Shown one piece after another: positions 54,808-64,000 of a stretch of DNA of 64,000 nt. The notes under the pieces are model-generated. The model had not been told where the DNA came from. It made no database searches and saw nothing but the letters and a program-made list of their open reading frames with translations. Positions within the stretch are counted from its first letter, which is position 1. The number at the start of each line of letters is the position of its first letter. The position numbers and the translations under genes were made by a program. This stretch comes from Candidatus Micrarchaeota archaeon (GTDB lineage: Archaea > Micrarchaeota > Micrarchaeia > Anstonellales > Anstonellaceae): assembly GCA_026413965.1 (NCBI GenBank), contig JAOAJY010000001.1, positions 57,642-121,641 of the forward strand, in the 5' to 3' direction.

Positions 54808-54854
54808 GCCAAAAAACATTAAAAGGAAGGCTGCGAAAAGGAGCTGGTGGTCTT

Positions 54855-55361
54855 GTGGGCAAAAAGGCAGATCCTATTCCTGAAGATTATGTCAAAGAGT
54901 ATGAGAAAGCCATCCATGAAGTGGTGAAAGCCTGCGGAAGCCAAGAGTCCGCAAGCAAGATGCTGGATGAATTGCACAGGCAGTATGAGAAAGTTGGGGC
55001 GGAGCTCAAGAAGCTTGAGAAGGAGCACAAGGCAGGAAGCGCAAGCTATGAGAGGGAGAGAAGAAGGATTCTTGAAAGGGGAAAATACGAGGTGCATAAG
55101 ATAATAGAGAAGCATGTGCCGCATGTAAGCTGGCATTTGGAGGAGCTCATAATAGGCACCTCGCTTGCGGTCACTGCTGCTGTGCTTCCTGCAGCCAGGG
55201 CTGCGCATGCGCTGATAGCAGCCACCAGCATAATTGCAATAGGAAGCTCCTATTACATAGGCTTCAAGCTTTTGCGCAACTGGAAAGCGATTGCAGGCAA
55301 GCACAAGATAGCCGACCTTTCCCACATCGTAGGCCCAAAGCACATCGCAAAGAAAAAATAG
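54855..55361 (+). CDS. Hypothetical coiled-coil protein with C-terminal hydrophobic helices
   Basis: Open frame after dtdA; start uncertain. Confidence 0.55.
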   Translation: MGKKADPIPEDYVKEYEKAIHEVVKACGSQESASKMLDELHRQYEKVGAELKKLEKEHKAGSASYERERRRILERGKYEVHKIIEKHVPHVSWHLEELIIGTSLAVTAAVLPAARAAHALIAATSIIAIGSSYYIGFKLLRNWKAIAGKHKIADLSHIVGPKHIAKKK

Positions 55362-55362
55362 C

Positions 55363-56241
55363 TCACATTGAGCGCAGGCGCCTTATTCTCTCATCAATTG
55401 GCGGATGGGTGGAGAAAAGCTGCCCTACAGATATGGGATTGGCGAAGTATATCGGAGCAGAGGCATCCGAGGCATTCTTTACTGCCGAGCCTACTTTTTT
55501 TATCTTCTCCAAGGCAGACGCCAAGCCCTCTGGGTATCTTGTCAGCTGGGCAGCGGTCGCATCCGCAAGGTATTCGCGCCTGCGGGACAAAGCCAGCCTC
55601 ACAATTTGCGCTATGAAAGGCGCCAAAATCAAAACAACCAGCCCCAGAAGAATGAAGGCTCCTCCGCCTTTTCCGCTGCGGAGATTCCTTGAGCGGAACA
55701 TCATTCTCAATCCAACATCAGACAGGATGGCAATCAAGCCCACCATGACCACCATGAGGGTGGCAAGCCGAGAGTCATAATTTTTGATGTGCGATATCTC
55801 ATGCGCAGCCACGCCTTCAAGCTCTGCCCGGTTGAGATTGGAAAGCAGCCCTGTGGTGAATGCCACTGAGGCTTTCTGCGGAGAAAGCCCGGTGGCGAAA
55901 GCATTCATGGCGGGATCATCTATGACATATATTTTCGGGGTTGGAATGCCTGCCGCTATGGACAAGCCCTCCACCACATTCACAAGATAAGGGAACTCCT
56001 CCTTTTTAGCCTCCCTTGCGCCTGAAAATCCCAGCAGTATCTTGTCTGCATTGGAATATGTGAAGTAAATGTATGCTGATGATGCCACAAAGGTGAAAAG
56101 AAGCCCAAAAAGGCTTTCGCCAAACAAGACAAGCGAAAAAACATAGGCTGCCGCAAAAGCAAAAACGAACACAAGAAAGACTAAGATATAGGAGTTGCGC
56201 TTGTTGGCGGATATCTCATCATAAAAACTGAGGCGCTGCAT
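55363..56241 (-). CDS. htpX: M48 family zinc metalloprotease HtpX
   Basis: NAFATG, AHEISH, SRRREYLAD and FSTHPP. Confidence 0.93.
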   Translation of the reverse strand: MQRLSFYDEISANKRNSYILVFLVFVFAFAAAYVFSLVLFGESLFGLLFTFVASSAYIYFTYSNADKILLGFSGAREAKKEEFPYLVNVVEGLSIAAGIPTPKIYVIDDPAMNAFATGLSPQKASVAFTTGLLSNLNRAELEGVAAHEISHIKNYDSRLATLMVVMVGLIAILSDVGLRMMFRSRNLRSGKGGGAFILLGLVVLILAPFIAQIVRLALSRRREYLADATAAQLTRYPEGLASALEKIKKVGSAVKNASDASAPIYFANPISVGQLFSTHPPIDERIRRLRSM

Positions 56242-56263
56242 CTTTTTGAGTCACCTGTCTTGG

Positions 56264-56818
56264 CTAAAACTGAACCTTCACGCTTTGCTTTTCGCTTTCT
56301 TCTGCCCTGAAAAACTCCTTGGGGGTGAAGCCGAACATGGCTGCCACCACATTTGTCGGGACAGAATGGATAGCTGTGTTGTAGGACAGGACGCTGTCGT
56401 TGTAGAACTGCCTGGCGTATGCTATCTTGTTCTCTATCCCTGCCAGCTCCTCTTGGAGCATCTTGAAATTCTCATTCGCCTTCAAATCAGGGTAATTTTC
56501 AGCAACTGCGAAAAGAGATTTGAGGGTGGATGAAAGCATGTTCTCCGCCTGGGCCTTGTCCGAAACTCCGGTTGCTCCCAAAGCTGCCGCCCTTGCCTTT
56601 GTGACATTCTCGAAAAGGGCCTTCTCATGCTTGACATAGCCTTTCACAGTCTCAACAAGGTTTGGGACCAGATCATAGCGCCGCTTTAGCTGCACGTCTA
56701 TTTGCGACCAGGCGTTTTCTATCTGAATCTTTTTTTGGACAAGAGAGTTGTACATGAGTATGAAGGCTAGCCCGAAAAAAAGGAAGGCGGCGCCGAAAGC
56801 CAAAAGAAGGATGTCCAT
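56264..56818 (-). CDS. lemA: LemA family protein
   Basis: [27 protein letters not shown] and ENYPDLKAN; paired with htpX. Confidence 0.96.
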   Translation of the reverse strand: MDILLLAFGAAFLFFGLAFILMYNSLVQKKIQIENAWSQIDVQLKRRYDLVPNLVETVKGYVKHEKALFENVTKARAAALGATGVSDKAQAENMLSSTLKSLFAVAENYPDLKANENFKMLQEELAGIENKIAYARQFYNDSVLSYNTAIHSVPTNVVAAMFGFTPKEFFRAEESEKQSVKVQF

Positions 56819-56845
56819 TCCCCTCACTTGAGCTTGGCTTTTCCC

Positions 56846-57100
56846 TTAGCCGATGGTTTTTTTGTCCACAATTATGTGGTCGGATGCCGCAAGCACTGAT
56901 GCGTATGGAATGACCACCAGCCCGTCTTCTTTGTTCAGGCGCCTGGCAGTCGGATTGTCAAGATTGGGCTCAAGAAGGATGTTCTCTATCTTGCCTGAGG
57001 ACTCAACAATCTCCAAATCAACTAGCCTGCCCAAGTCTTCGCCATCGTTTGTTATTATCTTTTTGCCCGCCAGCTGTTTCGCAAGAACTATTTTAGCCAT
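56846..57100 (-). CDS. PRC-barrel domain protein
   Basis: LAGKKIITNDGEDLGRLVDL...SGKI and IPYASVLA. Confidence 0.88.
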   Translation of the reverse strand: MAKIVLAKQLAGKKIITNDGEDLGRLVDLEIVESSGKIENILLEPNLDNPTARRLNKEDGLVVIPYASVLAASDHIIVDKKTIG

Positions 57101-57219
57101 CTGCTCACCTTTTGGTAATTGAGTGCTTTAACTAACCTGTTCAGATTTAAAAAGCTTTGTCCGACGGAGGAATAGAGGTTTTAAAGCTTGGCAAAATATT
57201 TGCTTGGATGGGTGGGAAA

Positions 57220-57981
57220 ATGAAAAGCAAAAGCTCTCATTTGGGAAAATTGGTCAGGAACGGGAAGGTGCTGATACTTGCGATGGACCAGGGGATGGAG
57301 CATGGCCCCAAGGATTTTGACGAGAGGAACATCAACCCTGAGTATGTCATAGACATCGCATGCAAAGGCGGATTCACCGGCTTTGCGATACAGAAAGGGA
57401 TTGCCAAGCACTACAAGGAAAACTACTCCGGAAAAGTTCCTTTGGTCCTCAAGCTTAACGGCAAGACCAATATCGCGCCGAAAGACGAGGCATATTCGCC
57501 TCCGATTGCGTCTGTCAAAGAGGCTGCGGCTTTGGGCGCGGATGCGGTGGGCTACACCATATATGTAGGCTCCCCAAGGGAAGCTGAAATGTTCAGGGAA
57601 TTCGGAAAAATACAAGAAGAGGCAGATGACTACGGGCTGCCGACGGTGGTTTGGGCTTACCCAAGAGGGAAATATGTCCCTGATGAGAAATCGGTGGAGA
57701 TGGTCTCTTATGCCGCAAGGGTGGCGCTTGAGCTTGGCGCGGACATAGTGAAGATAAACTACCCAGGAAGCGTGGATGGGATGAGGAAAGTGGTCGCCGC
57801 GGCAGGAAGGACAAAAGTCATCTCTGCTGGCGGAAGCAAGCAGCCTGACGCCGAGTTCCTGCAGAAAGTCAGGGACATAATGGCTGGAGGAGCATGCGGG
57901 CTTGCCGTTGGAAGGAACGTGTGGCAAAACGAGAATCCGATGAAAATCACTCAGGAGATAAAGAAGATAGTTTTCGGGTGA
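57220..57981 (+). CDS. Class I (DhnA-type) fructose-bisphosphate aldolase
   Basis: LAMDQGMEHGP, LKLNGKT, WAYPRG, ELGADIVK and AVGRNVWQ; adjacent to FBPase. Confidence 0.9.
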   Translation: MKSKSSHLGKLVRNGKVLILAMDQGMEHGPKDFDERNINPEYVIDIACKGGFTGFAIQKGIAKHYKENYSGKVPLVLKLNGKTNIAPKDEAYSPPIASVKEAAALGADAVGYTIYVGSPREAEMFREFGKIQEEADDYGLPTVVWAYPRGKYVPDEKSVEMVSYAARVALELGADIVKINYPGSVDGMRKVVAAAGRTKVISAGGSKQPDAEFLQKVRDIMAGGACGLAVGRNVWQNENPMKITQEIKKIVFG

Positions 57982-57985
57982 AAAG

Positions 57986-58903
57986 TTGGGCGTGCAGACT
58001 CTGGCAGAGCATTTGGAGAAGCATGTGGAGGACCCGGCTTTGCGCCACCTGATAAACTCGTTCGCATATATTTCGCTTGATGCCCAGCACCATTTCCCAA
58101 AATACCTCAGGGGCACGCTTGGGGACAGGAACAAGTACGGAGAGGCAGTCGCCCAGCTGGACTCGTGGGTGAACGGATACCTTTGCGACAGCCTGGTGAA
58201 GACTGGCGTGGTCAGGAAAATCTATTCGGAGGAGCTGGATAGCCCGCTGATTGCCACTTCCCAGAGCGCCCCTTTCGTGGTCACTTTGGACCCTTTGGAT
58301 GGCTCGTCAAACATTGTGAGCAACAATGCATTCGGCTCAATTGTTGGGGTATATAGGGAGGATTTGCCCCAAAAGGGAAGGAAGCTTGCCGCTGCTTTCT
58401 ACAAGCTTTATGGCCCTGTGAACACCTTCGTATATACCGTAGGCAAAGGGACGCATGAATTTGTGAAGCATTATGATTCGGAAGGGAAGGCGCAGTTTAT
58501 GCTTTTGGCAGAAAGCCTTTCTCTGCCTGAGCCAGGGGAGGTTTTCGGGATAGGGGGGGACCCGCTTTCCTGGGAGCCAAATTTCCTCAAGTTCGCAAAA
58601 GACTTGTTCAGGGTGGAAAAGCTCAAAGTCCGCTACTCTGGGACATTTGTTGCTGATTTCTCCCAGGTTCTTCACCGCGGAGGAATATTCTCCTATCCTG
58701 CGACCAAAAAAAGCCCGAAGGGCAAGCTCAGGCTGTTTTACGAGGCTCAGCCAATGGCATTCATAATGGAGCAGGCAGGAGGGGCAAGCTGGTCTGGCAA
58801 GGAATCGCTTTTGGATGTGGAGGAAAGCGATGTTGATGCGAGGACTCCTCTTCACCTGGGCAACAGCTACCTGATTGGAAAGCTCAAGCAGGCATGCCCT
58901 TAG
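57986..58903 (+). CDS. fbp: Fructose-1,6-bisphosphatase class 1
   Basis: SEE, DPLDGSSN, LYGP, RYSG..VAD and GKLRLFYEAQP. Confidence 0.93.
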   Translation: MGVQTLAEHLEKHVEDPALRHLINSFAYISLDAQHHFPKYLRGTLGDRNKYGEAVAQLDSWVNGYLCDSLVKTGVVRKIYSEELDSPLIATSQSAPFVVTLDPLDGSSNIVSNNAFGSIVGVYREDLPQKGRKLAAAFYKLYGPVNTFVYTVGKGTHEFVKHYDSEGKAQFMLLAESLSLPEPGEVFGIGGDPLSWEPNFLKFAKDLFRVEKLKVRYSGTFVADFSQVLHRGGIFSYPATKKSPKGKLRLFYEAQPMAFIMEQAGGASWSGKESLLDVEESDVDARTPLHLGNSYLIGKLKQACP

Positions 58904-60084
58904 GGCTGCTCCCACTCTATCTCATAATACTCGTATTTTGAGCCTGGGACCTCTATCCTCTTGACTGCGTAATATGTGACCGAGGTTTCCCTGTCGCATA
59001 TGGCAAGCAGAAGCTCAAGCCCTATGCGCTTGCACTGCTCAATCGCCCATGCAAGCTCTTCCCCTCCTATGTATTCATCCTCTGAAAGCGAAAACATGAG
59101 ATATTTTGGCTTGCCGGTCTTGGGGTTCTCAATCCCGCCGCCCAAGCGGTGGAAAAGCAGAAAGTCAAGGGTGGTGTGCAAATCCCCTTCCTTCTTTCTT
59201 TTGCGCTTTTTGGCCTCTCCTGGTATGGCTAGGACAAAGGTCTTTTTGACTGAATGCGCCACCCTTATGGCGCGCGCCCATTCAGATATGAGAAGCTTGG
59301 AGGCGCGCGGAAAGCAGTGGATCACGTGCTTTGAGTGGATCCACTCGCCGTTGCTTCGGACAGGCGAAGCTCCTGGGAAATATAGGCGGAAATGCGTGCC
59401 GAACTTGAACCCTGTTTTCAGGACAAACCCGTTCAGCCGCCAATCCTCATAGACCTCATACATATTGAGGAAGTACTTGTGCCTCTTCTTCGCAGCCTTG
59501 ACAACCTCCTCTACAGAGGAATTGATGAGCCTCAGCCCTGCGTGCTTTGCTAGAAAAAGCGTCTCAAACACATCCAGCTTTGAAAGCTTCCCTCTCTGCT
59601 CTGCTTTGTACGAGCCAAACTGCCCAAGCCAGTATCTTTCATAAAGCTCCCTGCCTGCAGCCTCATCATCAATCACAGACCAAAGGTCGTCTGGATAAAA
59701 CCTTGCCTGAAGGGAATATCGGTCCAGCTGAAGCTTTCCTGCCGGATATTTCTTCACGCTGTTCCTTCCGTATTTCTCGCAGATTTCAGTGACTTGCCGG
59801 GCTATAAGCCCGCGGTCGCGCCAGTCTTTGTACGTGAAATACCTTGCCATCTGCTTTTTGCCTTCAAAATGCTTCGCCACATCATTGAACTTGTACTCGT
59901 TCAAGGCAGAGTCAAAGCAGCGGGCATTCCGTATGTCCATAAGATAGAGAGCCTCCTCAGGAAAAAGGTGGATTTTGCCTTTTTTCATGCACCCATAATG
60001 CCCGTTTGCCAGCGAGGAGACCGATTCCGGCTGGGAAACAACAAGCGCTTTTTTGCGCGGGTCAAATTCTATTTGGATTGCCAA
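58900..60084 (-). CDS. endA: tRNA-intron endonuclease, three-unit (epsilon2-type) architecture
   Basis: About 394 aa: N-terminal unit (LFPEEALYL...YKDWRDRG), catalytic unit (KTGFKFGTHFRLY...HS...RVAHSVKK) and C-terminal unit (DRETSVTYY); TTG start. Confidence 0.9.
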   Translation of the reverse strand: MAIQIEFDPRKKALVVSQPESVSSLANGHYGCMKKGKIHLFPEEALYLMDIRNARCFDSALNEYKFNDVAKHFEGKKQMARYFTYKDWRDRGLIARQVTEICEKYGRNSVKKYPAGKLQLDRYSLQARFYPDDLWSVIDDEAAGRELYERYWLGQFGSYKAEQRGKLSKLDVFETLFLAKHAGLRLINSSVEEVVKAAKKRHKYFLNMYEVYEDWRLNGFVLKTGFKFGTHFRLYFPGASPVRSNGEWIHSKHVIHCFPRASKLLISEWARAIRVAHSVKKTFVLAIPGEAKKRKRKKEGDLHTTLDFLLFHRLGGGIENPKTGKPKYLMFSLSEDEYIGGEELAWAIEQCKRIGLELLLAICDRETSVTYYAVKRIEVPGSKYEYYEIEWEQP

Positions 60085-60187
60085 TGAAACACCTCTCCGC
60101 CTGCGTGAAAAAATGGCTTGCGGAAAGCCTTTGCGGGCGCAAGCATTTGCCCAAGAGTGTTTAAATAGCGAACGGAAAAGAAGCATT

Positions 60188-61267
60188 ATGGCAAGGGAGA
60201 GGTCCGCAAAAGGCAGGGGCAAGCATTACGCGAAATTGAAAAAAGCCGCCCCAGCCCTGCCAGAGGAGATGCTCAAGCTCCTAATAAGGCAGAAATACCA
60301 TCTTGCAGGGCAGCACTCGGCAGCCAAGCTTTGCCACTGGTCCCACTCTGCGCTGAAAGGGGGGGAAAGCTGCTACAAAAGCAGGTTTTACGGGATAGCC
60401 TCGCACCGCTGCCTGCAATGCACCCCTGTGCTCCTATTCTGCAACCATGCCTGTGTCTTTTGCTGGAGATTCATGCCAGAAAAGGACAAGTACGGAAGCA
60501 TTGGCAAAAAGTTCGCATGGGATGAGCCGGAGAAAATTGCCGAATGGCTGATTTCCGCGCAAAAAGAGCTGGTCTCAGGCTATGGAGGAAACAAGAAGGT
60601 GAGAAAAGAATTGTATGAGCAAGCCTGCGAGCCAAAGCATGTTGCCCTATCGCTCACAGGAGAGCCTGCCATGTACCCCTACATTGGAAGGCTTCTGAGG
60701 GAATTCCACCGGAGGGGAATGACCACCTTTTTGGTGACAAATGGCACCTTTCCAGAAAGGATGGAAAAATGGGAAGAGATGCCAACACAGCTTTATGTTT
60801 CAATGGTGGCCCCAAATGAAGATGCCTACTTGAAGTCAATCCGGCCGGCTGAAAGGAATTTGTGGAAAAAGTACCTCAAAGGCTTGGAAGTGCTTCGCAA
60901 GCTTGGGGAAAAGACCCGCACCGTTTTGCGGATGACTCTTTGCCGAGGAGTGAATGATTTTGGCTTGGAGGGCTACGCCAGGCAGATTGCCATCGCCAAG
61001 CCGCACTATGTGGAAGTGAAAAGCATGGTTTTTGTGGGAGGAGCAAGGCAGCCTGGGCGGAACCTCTCCCTTTCAAGCATGCTTTCCATGGAGGAGATTA
61101 GGCAGATTGCCTCAAAGCTATCGGATATGACAGGCTATAAGATAAGCTGCGAGCATGCGCCATCAAGAGTGGTGCTTTTGTGCAAAGACAAGCAAGCTGA
61201 AGAAAGCAGAATCATAAGGTGGGTGGATGGACAGGAAGGGCAGCAGGATTCGCGCCATAATATTTGA
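60188..61267 (+). CDS. taw1: 4-demethylwyosine synthase TYW1 (radical SAM)
   Basis: HSAAKLCHW, CYKSRFYGIASHRC, CNHACVFCWR and HVALSLTGEP. Confidence 0.95.
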   Translation: MARERSAKGRGKHYAKLKKAAPALPEEMLKLLIRQKYHLAGQHSAAKLCHWSHSALKGGESCYKSRFYGIASHRCLQCTPVLLFCNHACVFCWRFMPEKDKYGSIGKKFAWDEPEKIAEWLISAQKELVSGYGGNKKVRKELYEQACEPKHVALSLTGEPAMYPYIGRLLREFHRRGMTTFLVTNGTFPERMEKWEEMPTQLYVSMVAPNEDAYLKSIRPAERNLWKKYLKGLEVLRKLGEKTRTVLRMTLCRGVNDFGLEGYARQIAIAKPHYVEVKSMVFVGGARQPGRNLSLSSMLSMEEIRQIASKLSDMTGYKISCEHAPSRVVLLCKDKQAEESRIIRWVDGQEGQQDSRHNI

Positions 61268-61901
61268 CATAGACGGCGTCCTTGCTGATTCCAGGGAGGC
61301 TGTGGTCATAAACACCAAAACCCTGCTGGCAGAATTTGGGTTTCAAGTTGATGGCAGCAGGGTTGAGGGCATGTCCAGCGCGCATAGCGCAGAAAGCGTG
61401 CTGCTCAGCCTAGTGCCCTCTCTCTCAGGCGACAAGCTGCTTCTGAAAAAGATGCTTTCCAGGCTTTCTGAGATAACAAGGGAGAATCTGCATTTGGTAA
61501 AGCCAACAGGCATAGCTAAGGAAATCCCTAGGCTTTCAAAAAAATACCTTCTTGCTGTGGCTACCAACAGGAAAACCAGCGCAAAGATGGTCCTGGAGAG
61601 GCTTGGCTTGGAAAAGCACTTCTTGGCTGTGCTCACCAGCGCTGATGCTGAGCCAAAGCCCTCCCCGCAGATGATAAAGCTCTGCCTTCAGAGGCTGGGG
61701 GTTTTCCCTCATGAGGCTGTTTTTGTTGGGGACAATTTGGAGGACAGGCAGGCAGGAGAGTCGGCAGGAGTCAGAACCATCATGATTGATGGAGCCAAAG
61801 AGCCTGCCAGCAAGCTGCTGAAAAAAATCGCTGGGCTTGGCTTGGGAAAAAGCCGTGCTGACCTTCAAGTAAGGCATAAAAAGATGCCTACAGACAATTA
61901 A
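61227..61901 (+). CDS. HAD family hydrolase (phosphoglycolate phosphatase-like)
   Basis: IIFDIDGVLADS, ATNR, KPSP and FVGDNLED. Confidence 0.88.
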   Translation: MDRKGSRIRAIIFDIDGVLADSREAVVINTKTLLAEFGFQVDGSRVEGMSSAHSAESVLLSLVPSLSGDKLLLKKMLSRLSEITRENLHLVKPTGIAKEIPRLSKKYLLAVATNRKTSAKMVLERLGLEKHFLAVLTSADAEPKPSPQMIKLCLQRLGVFPHEAVFVGDNLEDRQAGESAGVRTIMIDGAKEPASKLLKKIAGLGLGKSRADLQVRHKKMPTDN

Positions 61902-61903
61902 GC

Positions 61904-62692
61904 ATGCCTTCTTTATTTTGCAAAGAACACAAAAAAGCGCAAAGCGGAACGGAACAATTAGGAATATTGGCGGTCGTTTTGATAATTGGGCTGGTGGGGA
62001 TATCAGTTATTTGGCAATCCGCTAGCTCAGCTTCAGGCATCTCAGAAAGCTCATCTGAAATCTACTGGAAAGAGATGCGCCCTGTGAGGGTTCTTGAGGC
62101 AGGGCTTGCGGCTGATTCTGAAATATTTTTTGTTGTTGAAAATTCTGGGCCTGACCCGATAACTATAAACAGGATAGGCATAGGGGAAGCATCTGCGTCT
62201 TTAAGAGAGTATGGATCAGACATGCCTTTAACAAGCATTTATCTTGCCCCAGGAGAAATTAAGAGAGTGGTTGCAAGCTCCTTTGGGTCTTTTGATTGCA
62301 TGGTTGGCAAAAAAAAGGACGTGGCTCTTTCCATAGGCTACAGGACACAATACGGAGACGCCAGGGTTCTCAAAGGCGAGAAGAGCTTAGCCATACGCTG
62401 CAATATGAATAGCGGCGCTTATGCGAGCTCCAACCAAACCTCTTGCGCTTCTCAAGGGCAGGGCTGCGGCTCAGGCATAAGCTGCTGTGAAGGTTTAGCC
62501 TGCATCGACAATACGTGCGAATACTGCAGAGGAGAAGGCAAGGACTGCAAAGATAGCAGTTGGTGTTGCGAAGGTTTAGCTTGCATGGAAGGTTATTGCC
62601 AATACTGCAGAGGAGAAGGAGGAGAATGTGCGGATAATAGCTGGTGCTGCGAAGGTTTAGCTTGCATGGAAGGTTATTGCAAGTTTTATTGA
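61904..62692 (+). CDS. Class III signal peptide pilin-like protein with three C-terminal cystine-knot-like repeats
   Basis: KAQSGTEQLGILAVVLII; pilin body similar to 40846-41553; 3x C-x6-C-x5-CC-x4-C-x4-C. Confidence 0.82.
   Translation: MPSLFCKEHKKAQSGTEQLGILAVVLIIGLVGISVIWQSASSASGISESSSEIYWKEMRPVRVLEAGLAADSEIFFVVENSGPDPITINRIGIGEASASLREYGSDMPLTSIYLAPGEIKRVVASSFGSFDCMVGKKKDVALSIGYRTQYGDARVLKGEKSLAIRCNMNSGAYASSNQTSCASQGQGCGSGISCCEGLACIDNTCEYCRGEGKDCKDSSWCCEGLACMEGYCQYCRGEGGECADNSWCCEGLACMEGYCKFY
62444..62686 (+). repeat. Three 81-bp tandem repeats (27 aa each)
   Basis: Units start at 62444, 62525 and 62606; shared core gaaggtttagc.tgcat. Confidence 0.9.
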
Positions 62693-62761
62693 TTTTGTAT
62701 GCAGGTAAGGCAGAGAGAGCAACTATTGCGCTTTCGCAGTTGGCTGTGCGGGAGGCAAAAC

Positions 62762-63145
62762 TCACCTTATTTCCAGCGCGCCGTTTTTGTTCTCAATGGT
62801 TGCTTCAGGTTTTGGGAAGCTTGCCTTGATTGATATTTGGCAGGGCAGGGAGATATTTGAGGAGAAGTTTCCTGAGGAAAAGAAAATAGTCTGGCTGTCT
62901 GCTGAGATGCTGGGCGGCAAGCCTGAGAATACGATGAGGCGCAGATTTCCATTCCCAAGCAGGCAAGCAGACTCTGCTTTTTGGGAAAGCAGGCGGAAAT
63001 CCGCAGCGGATTTCTCATAGCTTATCTTTTCTTGAGCAGCCGAGCTTATGCGCGAAGAGGCGGCAAGAGACACTCCAAGAAGCGCAAGAAAAACGACAAA
63101 AAGGAGCAGCGCTTCCATGGAAAGCTGCCCTGCAAAGCGGCCCAC
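62762..63145 (-). CDS. Class III signal peptide protein (minor pilin-like)
   Basis: AGQLSMEALLLFVVFLALL. Confidence 0.75.
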   Translation of the reverse strand: MGRFAGQLSMEALLLFVVFLALLGVSLAASSRISSAAQEKISYEKSAADFRLLSQKAESACLLGNGNLRLIVFSGLPPSISADSQTIFFSSGNFSSNISLPCQISIKASFPKPEATIENKNGALEIR

Positions 63146-63394
63146 TCAGCTGCACCTTGATGAAACGGGGTTGCAATTTCCGGATGCGCATTCTGAATCA
63201 TATGAGCAGAATTCGCCTGCCTTTTTTGCCCGGGCGTAGCTTTCCTCAGAGGCATTCAGTATGTAATCTGCCTTTTGCTCTGCTTTTTCAGCGGCTTTAT
63301 TGGCGCTTCTCAAAAGCACGCTTGCCACAAGAGCAGATATGCCAAGTATTATGACCAAAATGACAAGCATCTCGACTGAAAGCTGCCCGCGCAT
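63146..63394 (-). CDS. Short class III signal peptide pilin with a C-terminal 4-Cys motif
   Basis: MRGQLSVEMLVILVIILGI...GEFCSYDSECASGNCNPVSSRCS. Confidence 0.8.
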   Translation of the reverse strand: MRGQLSVEMLVILVIILGISALVASVLLRSANKAAEKAEQKADYILNASEESYARAKKAGEFCSYDSECASGNCNPVSSRCS

Positions 63395-63484
63395 GGCACC
63401 ACCAAGAAAGTTGCGGCGGCAAGGAGTAAAAATGTTTGCTGCCGCAACCTAAAAATTAAATAGCGAACGCATGAAAAGCCGAAC

Positions 63485-64000
63485 ATGAAGCTTGTCATTT
63501 GCGAAAAGCCGAATGCCGCTGAAAAAATAGCCTCTGCAATAGCGTCAGCAGGCAAGAAGAAGGCAGAAAGGCGCGCCTTTGGCAAGGCGAGCTATTGGCA
63601 AACTGAATTTGGCGGGGAAAAGATAACTGTGGTGTCCGCAGTTGGGCACCTTTATAGCCTAAGGCAGGCTGGAGCTGGGCAATATCCTGTTTTTGATGTG
63701 GAGTGGGCGCCTGCTTACGAGGTGGATGAGGAGGCTGGTTTTCAGAAGCCCTATTTGGAGGCCATAAAAAAGCTTTCTGAGGGAGCAGAGGAATACGTCT
63801 GCGCCTGCGACTTTGACACTGAAGGGACGCTCATAGGATACAATATACTGCGCTTTGCGTGCAGGGCTGAAAAGGCCAGCCGCATGAAGTTCTCCACGCT
63901 TGTGCAGGAGGAATTGCAGTCTGCATGGCTGAACAGAGGCAAATTTGACCTTGAAAATGCGCTTGCGGGAGAAGCCCGGCACATACTTGACTGGTTTTAT
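63485..64000 (+). CDS. topA: DNA topoisomerase I (type IA), 5' part, runs off the right edge
   Basis: Not in the ORF track. MKLVICEKPNAAEKIA...SAVGHLY...ACDFDTEGTLIG...RMKFSTL...AGEARHILDWF (TOPRIM domain). Confidence 0.95.
   Translation, partial: MKLVICEKPNAAEKIASAIASAGKKKAERRAFGKASYWQTEFGGEKITVVSAVGHLYSLRQAGAGQYPVFDVEWAPAYEVDEEAGFQKPYLEAIKKLSEGAEEYVCACDFDTEGTLIGYNILRFACRAEKASRMKFSTLVQEELQSAWLNRGKFDLENALAGEARHILDWFY

Noticed and set aside
62444..62686. 81-bp tandem repeats as a CRISPR-like array
   Set aside because: There are no unique spacers; the units encode in-frame cysteine modules.

Overview
This is a gene-dense archaeal chromosomal window, most likely from a DPANN archaeon of the Micrarchaeota. 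The evidence is an epsilon2-type three-unit tRNA splicing endonuclease, double-intron tRNAs, Micrarchaeota-style class III signal peptide pilins, archaeal RadA, PurP, TYW1, NreA and DtdA, and the rps19e-rpl39e-rpl31e-eIF6-rpl18a-pfdA-ftsY cluster. Housekeeping content covers translation, tRNA modification, DNA repair, de novo purine and CTP synthesis, the mevalonate pathway and gluconeogenesis. Reading the DNA directly gave several genes missing from the ORF track: a purP paralogue at the left edge, rps27ae, rpl18a, rpoK, topA at the right edge and a 58-aa ORF. It also gave two tRNAs with two introns each, Ile with the rare UAU anticodon (introns 29/30 and 37/38) and Glu(UUC) (introns 37/38 and 59/60). 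The accessory parts are mostly cell-surface genes. The most unusual is an AT-rich 1134-aa orphan with an OmpA-C-like motif and a beta-barrel-like C-terminus, coupled to a Cys-rich CARDB protein. Others are a membrane-anchored wHTH regulator heading a PKD-repeat secreted-protein cluster next to tRNA-Glu, and pilins carrying cystine-knot-like repeats. No CRISPR array, integrase, transposase, reverse transcriptase or rRNA was seen. All family calls come from motif recognition by eye, not from database searches.
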